From assembly GCA_037380845.1 (NCBI GenBank), contig JARRRI010000026.1, positions 1 through 30,753 of the forward strand: a stretch of DNA of 30,753 nt. Direction: 5' to 3'. The notes under the pieces are model-generated. The model ran no database searches, had not been told where the DNA came from, and saw only the letters and a list, made by a program, of their open reading frames with translations. Both the position numbers and the translations under genes were made by a program. Source of the DNA: Candidatus Sulfobium sp. Lineage in GTDB: Bacteria; Nitrospirota; Thermodesulfovibrionia; Thermodesulfovibrionales; UBA6898. Positions 25,974 to 30,753 of this stretch are shown one piece after another (position 1 is the first letter of the stretch; every line of letters starts with the position of its first letter).

Positions 25974-26010
25974 TCCTTCCCCTTGAGGTAAGGGAAGGAT
26001 TGGAGGGGTT
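25974..26010. repeat. Pyrimidine/purine palindromic element (TCCTTCCCCTT...AAGGGAAGGA..GGAGGGG); may also act as a terminator
   Basis: ~10-bp stem with one bulge between convergent lemA and NlpC genes; a similar degenerate element lies at 29361-29415. Confidence 0.5.
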
Positions 26011-26054
26011 GTGATCTTCCGGTTGATTTTATTATGGTTTCACCGGAGCGGAAC

Positions 26055-27227
26055 TTACCGGACCCCTTCGGCAGGGGCGACGGAATCGGACAGTCCATCC
26101 ATGAGCCCTTTGGTCAGTAATCTCTTGGCCCCTATGAACCTCTTGATGAAGTAAGGCGTATCGAGGTTGCTGACCATCACTTTTCTGCCTTTGGACGATG
26201 CATGGACGAAAAGGTTATTCCCTATATAGATGCCGACGTGGGAGGGAAATGACGAGTAGGTTCTGAAGAATACCAGGTCTCCGACGGACAGCCCGTCCCT
26301 GTCGATCGGCTCTCCCGCGTTGAACTGCTCCCTGGTGGTTCTCGGCAGGTCGATCCCAAGCAGACCGTATACCTTCTTTACGTAAGCCGAACAGTCTATC
26401 CCCAGCAAACTGTTGCCGCCGAATTTGTACGGAACGTTCAGCAGTTTTCTCGCGAAGGCAACGAGCCTGCCCGAGGGAGACTCGCCCGCCGCTTCCCGGG
26501 GATGCAAGAAACCGCCGTCACCTGCGCCAATATTTTTTCCGGATGCCCCGGCGCATGCACCGACGGAAAAACCGTCATCCGTCTCCAGGACGTGCAGTTT
26601 CAGGCCGTCTTTGCTCTCGCCGGCCTTCATCCCGTCTGGATCCACGCGATCATCGGCACCCGTGTTGAAATTTCCGGCCATCTCCCGGAGACCGTCGCCG
26701 TTTTCGACGGTACAAACGGTTGACCCAGGCGGCCGTATAAAGAGCTTCTGCCCTGTCCTGAGTTTTGACGTCCTGAGACCGTTCAAATGTTTGAGGTCGG
26801 CGATGGTTACTGAATACTCGCGGGCGACGGAGGAAAGGGTGTCTCCTTTCTTTACCAAATGATAAAGGTCGGAGGCGGTTTGTCTGACCGACTTCAAGTC
26901 CCCGTTGCCGTACAAACCGGGCGCGGGTATTTTATCTGATGTGATTTCCTCCGTCTCCGCGTTTCTGCGGATTTCCACGGCAGCTGTCCCGTCCCCTGAC
27001 GGAATCACGATTTTCGAGCCGGGCCTCAGTCGTCTTGCATTGACCTTGTTGAGCCGCATTATCGAACCGACGCTTACCCTGTACCTCCGTGCTATTGCTG
27101 AGAGGGTATCGCCGTCCCGTATAACATGCCTTCTGACAGCGTAAGCATCGGCCCCGGCACACAGGAAGACTATGGATAACAGGAGGGAGAGGGGGATTTT
27201 CCACGTCGGGAATGACGTGATTTTCAA
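26055..27227 (-). CDS. LysM-containing NlpC/P60 peptidoglycan endopeptidase
   Basis: Signal peptide, LysM repeats 'HVIRDGDTLSAIA' and 'HLVKKGDTLSSVA', catalytic 'GIDCSAY', 'HVGIY', 'FVHAS'; TTGA overlap with scpB. Confidence 0.92.
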   Translation of the reverse strand: MKITSFPTWKIPLSLLLSIVFLCAGADAYAVRRHVIRDGDTLSAIARRYRVSVGSIMRLNKVNARRLRPGSKIVIPSGDGTAAVEIRRNAETEEITSDKIPAPGLYGNGDLKSVRQTASDLYHLVKKGDTLSSVAREYSVTIADLKHLNGLRTSKLRTGQKLFIRPPGSTVCTVENGDGLREMAGNFNTGADDRVDPDGMKAGESKDGLKLHVLETDDGFSVGACAGASGKNIGAGDGGFLHPREAAGESPSGRLVAFARKLLNVPYKFGGNSLLGIDCSAYVKKVYGLLGIDLPRTTREQFNAGEPIDRDGLSVGDLVFFRTYSSFPSHVGIYIGNNLFVHASSKGRKVMVSNLDTPYFIKRFIGAKRLLTKGLMDGLSDSVAPAEGVR

Positions 27228-27754
27228 GCAGCTTCCTCTCTGGTGAGCTCCTTGATCGTGGGCAGTTCCGTCAGGTCCTTGAGCCCGAAATACTGGAGAA
27301 ATTCGCGCGTGGTCCCATAGAGGAGCGGCCTTCCGGGCATCTCCTTACGGCCCATGATCTTGATAAGTCTCCTGTCGAGAAGGGTTTTTACCACACCGTC
27401 GGAATTAACACCGCGTATCTGTTCTATCTCCGCCTTGATAATCGGCTGATTGTACGCGACGATCGCCAGAGTCTCGAGCGCCGGCATAGACAGTTTGTTA
27501 GAGGTGTTTGTACTCCTGAATTTTCTGATCCACCGGGCACAGTCGGGGCTTGTCACCATCTGATAGCCGTTTGCGACTTCGATGATACGGACACCCCCGT
27601 TTCTCTCCCTGTATTCCGAGGCGAGGGCGTCAAGGATGTGTTTGATCTCGGCTTCGGGAATTTCGGTCGCGCCCTTAAGGACTGAAGGCGTGAGGGGCTC
27701 GCCCGCGACGAAAAGCAACGCTTCGATTGCCGATTTTTTCTCCTGAATGTCCAT
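27224..27754 (-). CDS. scpB: SMC-Scp complex subunit ScpB
   Basis: 'IEALLF', 'LETLAIVAYNQP', 'IRGVNS', 'PGRPLLYGTT..FL..FGL..L.ELP'. Confidence 0.96.
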   Translation of the reverse strand: MDIQEKKSAIEALLFVAGEPLTPSVLKGATEIPEAEIKHILDALASEYRERNGGVRIIEVANGYQMVTSPDCARWIRKFRSTNTSNKLSMPALETLAIVAYNQPIIKAEIEQIRGVNSDGVVKTLLDRRLIKIMGRKEMPGRPLLYGTTREFLQYFGLKDLTELPTIKELTREEAA

Positions 27755-28190
27755 CTGGAATCCCTCATACTATAGCAGAAGAAATGCGTTTATTCAATGC
27801 GATCTGTAGGCCGGTCTATCTGTTCCCGGCAAGGGGTTTCCCCCGTGCAGTGAGAGCATCGCCGGGGCACATCCGGTCCGTTGCTTTTCCCGGTTCGAAA
27901 CATTAAGATTTAATAGAACAATTGATGTCATACTATCCACGCACTGGGAAAAGATATAGAGCAGGGCGGCAAGGCGATAGAGAGGTCGGCCGAGTAAAGG
28001 GATTGCGCCCGGTGAGACTGCCCGGGCTTCGTTTTCCACAGGCCCGGCTTGATTCCGCGATCAGGCCGCATGGCGACCGCCCATCTTTCCGATTCCTCTC
28101 ACTTTTTGCCTTCAAGTCTTGTAACCGTTAGAAGATTCCTATAAAATTACATACTGTACACTATCACTCAATATAACCAGAGGTTACCTT

Positions 28191-28349
28191 ATGGAAAAAT
28201 GGAAATGTACTGTATGCGGCTACGTCTATGACCCCGAAGTCGGCGACCCGGACGGGGGCATCTCACCCGGCACATCTTTTGAGGATCTGCCCGAGGACTG
28301 GGTCTGCCCCATCTGCGGGGCCTCGAAGGACCAGTTCGAGAAAGAATAA
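28191..28349 (+). CDS. Rubredoxin (52 aa; absent from the ORF track)
   Basis: Translation [52 protein letters not shown]; two CxxCG motifs; GAGG SD. Confidence 0.97.
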   Translation: MEKWKCTVCGYVYDPEVGDPDGGISPGTSFEDLPEDWVCPICGASKDQFEKE

Positions 28350-28361
28350 CGGCTGCTTGGC

Positions 28362-29099
28362 CTACTTCAGGCTGAGGACGTCCTGCATGTCGTAGAGCCC
28401 GGCCGGCTTTCCGGCAAGCCACAGGGCCGCTTTCAGCGCTCCCCTGGCAAAGGTGTCCCTGCTCGACGCCTTGTGAGTGATCTCGACGCGCTCTCCGAGG
28501 CCGCCGAAGATGACGGTATGCTCCCCGACGATGTCTCCGGCCCGTATGGTCTGAATCCCGATCTCCCTCTTTGTGCGTGCCCCGATGATACCCTTCCGGG
28601 CGAAGACCGCTACCTCATCGAGGTTTCTGTCAAGGGCGTTCGCGATGACCTGTGCCATCTTCATGGCAGTACCACTCGGCGCGTCTTTCTTCATCCTGTG
28701 ATGGGCTTCAACGATCTCGACGTCGTAGTCGTCTCCGAGTGCCCCTGCGACGTCATGAAGTACCTTCAGAAGGAGGTTCACTCCGAGGCTCATGTTGGAC
28801 GCCATAACGCACGGGATGCTCTTCGAAACGGCCTCTATTTCCTTTATGTCCTCCGTGGAGAAACCCGTCGTCCCTATGACCATGGCCTTCCCTTTCCCGG
28901 CGGCTGCCCTGAGGTTTTCTTTTGTAGATTCCACCGAGGTGAAGTCGATAATGAGATCATAGATAAGGTGGACCTCATTATCGACGTGTCCTTTTCTCTC
29001 GAAGGCGCCTGCCAGTCTCAGCCCCTCATAATCCCCGGAGAGTGCCGCTATCCTGCTTCCCATCCTGCCCGCCGCTCCTGCTATGCCGATATTTACCAT
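28362..29099 (-). CDS. dapB: 4-hydroxy-tetrahydrodipicolinate reductase (with local rearrangement at 28944-28985)
   Basis: 'GAAGRMG', 'IDFT', 'GTTG', 'EAHHRMKKDAPSGTA', 'RAGDIVGEH', 'FARGA'; GGAGGAG SD. Confidence 0.95.
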   Translation of the reverse strand: MVNIGIAGAAGRMGSRIAALSGDYEGLRLAGAFERKGHVDNEVHLIYDLIIDFTSVESTKENLRAAAGKGKAMVIGTTGFSTEDIKEIEAVSKSIPCVMASNMSLGVNLLLKVLHDVAGALGDDYDVEIVEAHHRMKKDAPSGTAMKMAQVIANALDRNLDEVAVFARKGIIGARTKREIGIQTIRAGDIVGEHTVIFGGLGERVEITHKASSRDTFARGALKAALWLAGKPAGLYDMQDVLSLK

Positions 29100-29103
29100 A
29101 AAA

Positions 29104-29274
29104 CTACTCCTCCTTTTTCTCGTCTTCCTCTTCTTCCTTCTTCCCTTCGATCCGGTATTCTTCTGCGGCCCATGCCCCGAGGTCGATGAGCTTGCACCTT
29201 TCGGAACAGAAGGGCCTCCAGGGATTTTCCTCCCACGTGGTTTTCTGTTTGCAGACGGGACAGGTTATCTTCAC
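29104..29274 (-). CDS. yacG: DNA gyrase inhibitor YacG (56 aa; absent from the ORF track)
   Basis: GTG start; '[38 protein letters not shown]' with an acidic tail. Confidence 0.93.
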   Translation of the reverse strand: MKITCPVCKQKTTWEENPWRPFCSERCKLIDLGAWAAEEYRIEGKKEEEEDEKKEE

Positions 29275-29360
29275 TCTTTCGGATACCTTTTATAGCCGCC
29301 CCTTAACAATGCTCACATGGGGTGCGGCAACGTTTAAGATTGCAATCTGCCGAAGTGGCT

Positions 29361-29415
29361 TCCCCTCTTCGCCCTTAACCCGGGGGGGACACATCTCCCC
29401 TGATATAAGGGGGTT
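29361..29415. repeat. Degenerate TCCCC/GGGG double-hairpin intergenic element
   Basis: TCCCCTCTTCGCCCTTAACCCGGGGGGGAC followed by CTCCCCTGATATAAGGGGG. Confidence 0.35.
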
Positions 29416-29476
29416 ATGAACCGCCGGCCTGATAACAACGCCCTTCGATATTATGCCGGGAGCCTCAGGACGATTA

Positions 29477-30004
29477 TCAACGTACATTTTGAAGACTTCC
29501 GTCTTCTTTTTTCAATATGTTTCTTATCAGCATGTCGGAAATGACTCCGTTGGCCAGGCCGGTAAGCGTGCCGATAAGAATTATGACGGGGCTGATTATA
29601 AGCACCGCCTCGATCCTCTGGATAAAGAGGAAATACGCCAGAGTCAGCTGCGCAAGATTATGGAAAAGCGCCCCTATAATGCTCAGACCGACAGGTCCGA
29701 AAAGGCTGCCGGTGAGGAGAAAGACGGAGCCCATGGCGGCGGTACTGAGGACGCCGCCGCTGAAACTCAGCATGAACGAAGGCCCGAGAAACGTGCCCGT
29801 AAAGATTGAGGCGAGTATGATCCGGATAAGAGTGACCATCATGGCCGTGCGGAAACCGTACAGGACCAGCGCCACGACGGTGATGATGTTGGCGAGTCCC
29901 AGCCTTAGCCATGGGATCGGGGTCGGAAGAAGGGCTTCGAAGCCGTAAAGGGCCAGGGCGTAAGCCGAAAGCAGGGCGATGCGGTATTTATCCTGTAACT
30001 GCAT
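29477..30004 (-). CDS. Gx transporter family protein (heptaprenyl diphosphate synthase component I-like)
   Basis: 'EALLPTPIPWLRLGLANII', 'SIIGALFHNLAQL'; follows a NusG domain II gene. Confidence 0.9.
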   Translation of the reverse strand: MQLQDKYRIALLSAYALALYGFEALLPTPIPWLRLGLANIITVVALVLYGFRTAMMVTLIRIILASIFTGTFLGPSFMLSFSGGVLSTAAMGSVFLLTGSLFGPVGLSIIGALFHNLAQLTLAYFLFIQRIEAVLIISPVIILIGTLTGLANGVISDMLIRNILKKEDGSLQNVR

Positions 30005-30269
30005 CGACCCCTTTTGGGCCGGCTGTCCCCCCGCTGACTGTCACAACGACCCTGTTGGGGAGGCAGACTATCACCCCCTTTGAAATCCATCCCTGCCTCA
30101 CACAGAGGAGGTTAGGGCAATGAGCCTCTTTCATACGGACCTTCCGGTCCTTTATCTCAACGACCATTTTTCCGTAGGGACCGTAAAAAGTTACAGTCCT
30201 GTTGACGTCTATCGGAAAATTGTAGGCGGGCTTTCCATTAACGTCGATGACGATACCTCTGGCCTGGGG
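29988..30269 (-). pseudogene. NusG domain II-containing protein, 5' end (start and TM anchor) missing
   Basis: 'IVIDVNGK', 'VEIKDRKVRMKEAHCPNLLCVRQGWI...IVCLPNRVVV...VDAVTG'; upstream sequence in this frame is out-of-frame apbE. Confidence 0.8.
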
Positions 30270-30753
30270 CTTCCGGCCCAAGGACGAAGACGGCGGTTGC
30301 AAATGAGTCTGTAAACACGCCCTTGTCGGTGATAACACTCACGCTTCGGCAGTGCATGGCAGGATAGCCCGTCTTTGGGTCCAGGAGATGGTGGTACCTT
30401 CGTCCTCCCAAAATGAAGTATCTCTGGTAATCGCCCGAAGTCGATATTGCCTTATCTCTTAACCTTATGGCAGCTATGATTTCATCGGAGGCATCTTTTT
30501 GACGCGGATTTTCGATTCCTACGTTCCAGAGAGAACCGTCGGGCTTCGATCCGAAGGTCTTTATATCGCCGGCCACCGCCACTATGCCGGCCTTTATACC
30601 GTCCCGTTTGAGCGCCTCGACGGCCAGGTCCGCCCCGTATCCTTTTGCGATCCCGCCGAGGTCGAGCATCCTTCCCTTGATGTTGAGAAATACCGTCGAC
30701 TTTACTTGGTCGACGGCTACGTTCGGGTAAGTGACGAGAAGAAGACCCTACCG
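30238..30753 (-). CDS. apbE: FAD:protein FMN transferase ApbE, partial (window edge) and lacking its normal C-terminus
   Basis: 'DLGGIAKGY', 'AGDI', 'WNVGIENPR', 'STSGDYQRYF', 'YHHLLDPKTGYP', 'DSFATAVFVLGPE'; then runs out of frame into NusG-II. In-frame TAG at 30748-30750 near the edge. Confidence 0.88.

Noticed and set aside
30720..30753. In-frame TAG in apbE as true pseudogenisation
   Set aside because: It lies within a few bases of the sequence end, where quality is doubtful; it cannot be judged.
1..30753. CRISPR array, tRNA/rRNA, integrase/transposase or defence system
   Set aside because: No regularly spaced direct repeats, RNA gene signatures or such protein motifs were found; the NTase sits in a lemA/TPM context, not a CBASS or toxin-antitoxin one.

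Overview
About 30.7 kb of mostly core chromosome from a GC-rich diderm, probably anaerobic bacterium. Gene content (cooC, rubredoxin, apbE/NusG-II/Gx cluster, lolA) is compatible with Nitrospirota or a deltaproteobacterial-type organism; this is inference only. Order: YihY-family membrane protein, a frameshifted response regulator, an AT-richer divergon (secreted protein plus GAF-sigma54 activator, with readable UAS/IHF/-24/-12 sites), a broken ICMT-family methyltransferase, tsaD, TetR-EmrB efflux, a long minus-strand run (argD, argF, REC-HD-GYP, hybrid kinase-GGDEF, rnj, uppP, ftsK fused to lolA), cooC with 5-formyl-THF cyclo-ligase, NTase-TPM-lemA, LysM-NlpC/P60, scpB, rubredoxin, dapB, yacG, Gx transporter, NusG-II and partial apbE. 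No rRNA, tRNA, CRISPR array or transposase was seen. At least four families of short palindromic or MITE-like intergenic elements occur, and four genes look leaderless. The window also has an unusually dense set of lesions (frameshift, deletions fusing neighbouring genes, a fold-back inversion in dapB), so the apparent fusions may be assembly or amplification artefacts. The best candidates for uncharacterised biology are the c-di-GMP module coupled to RNase J and the sigma54 divergon.
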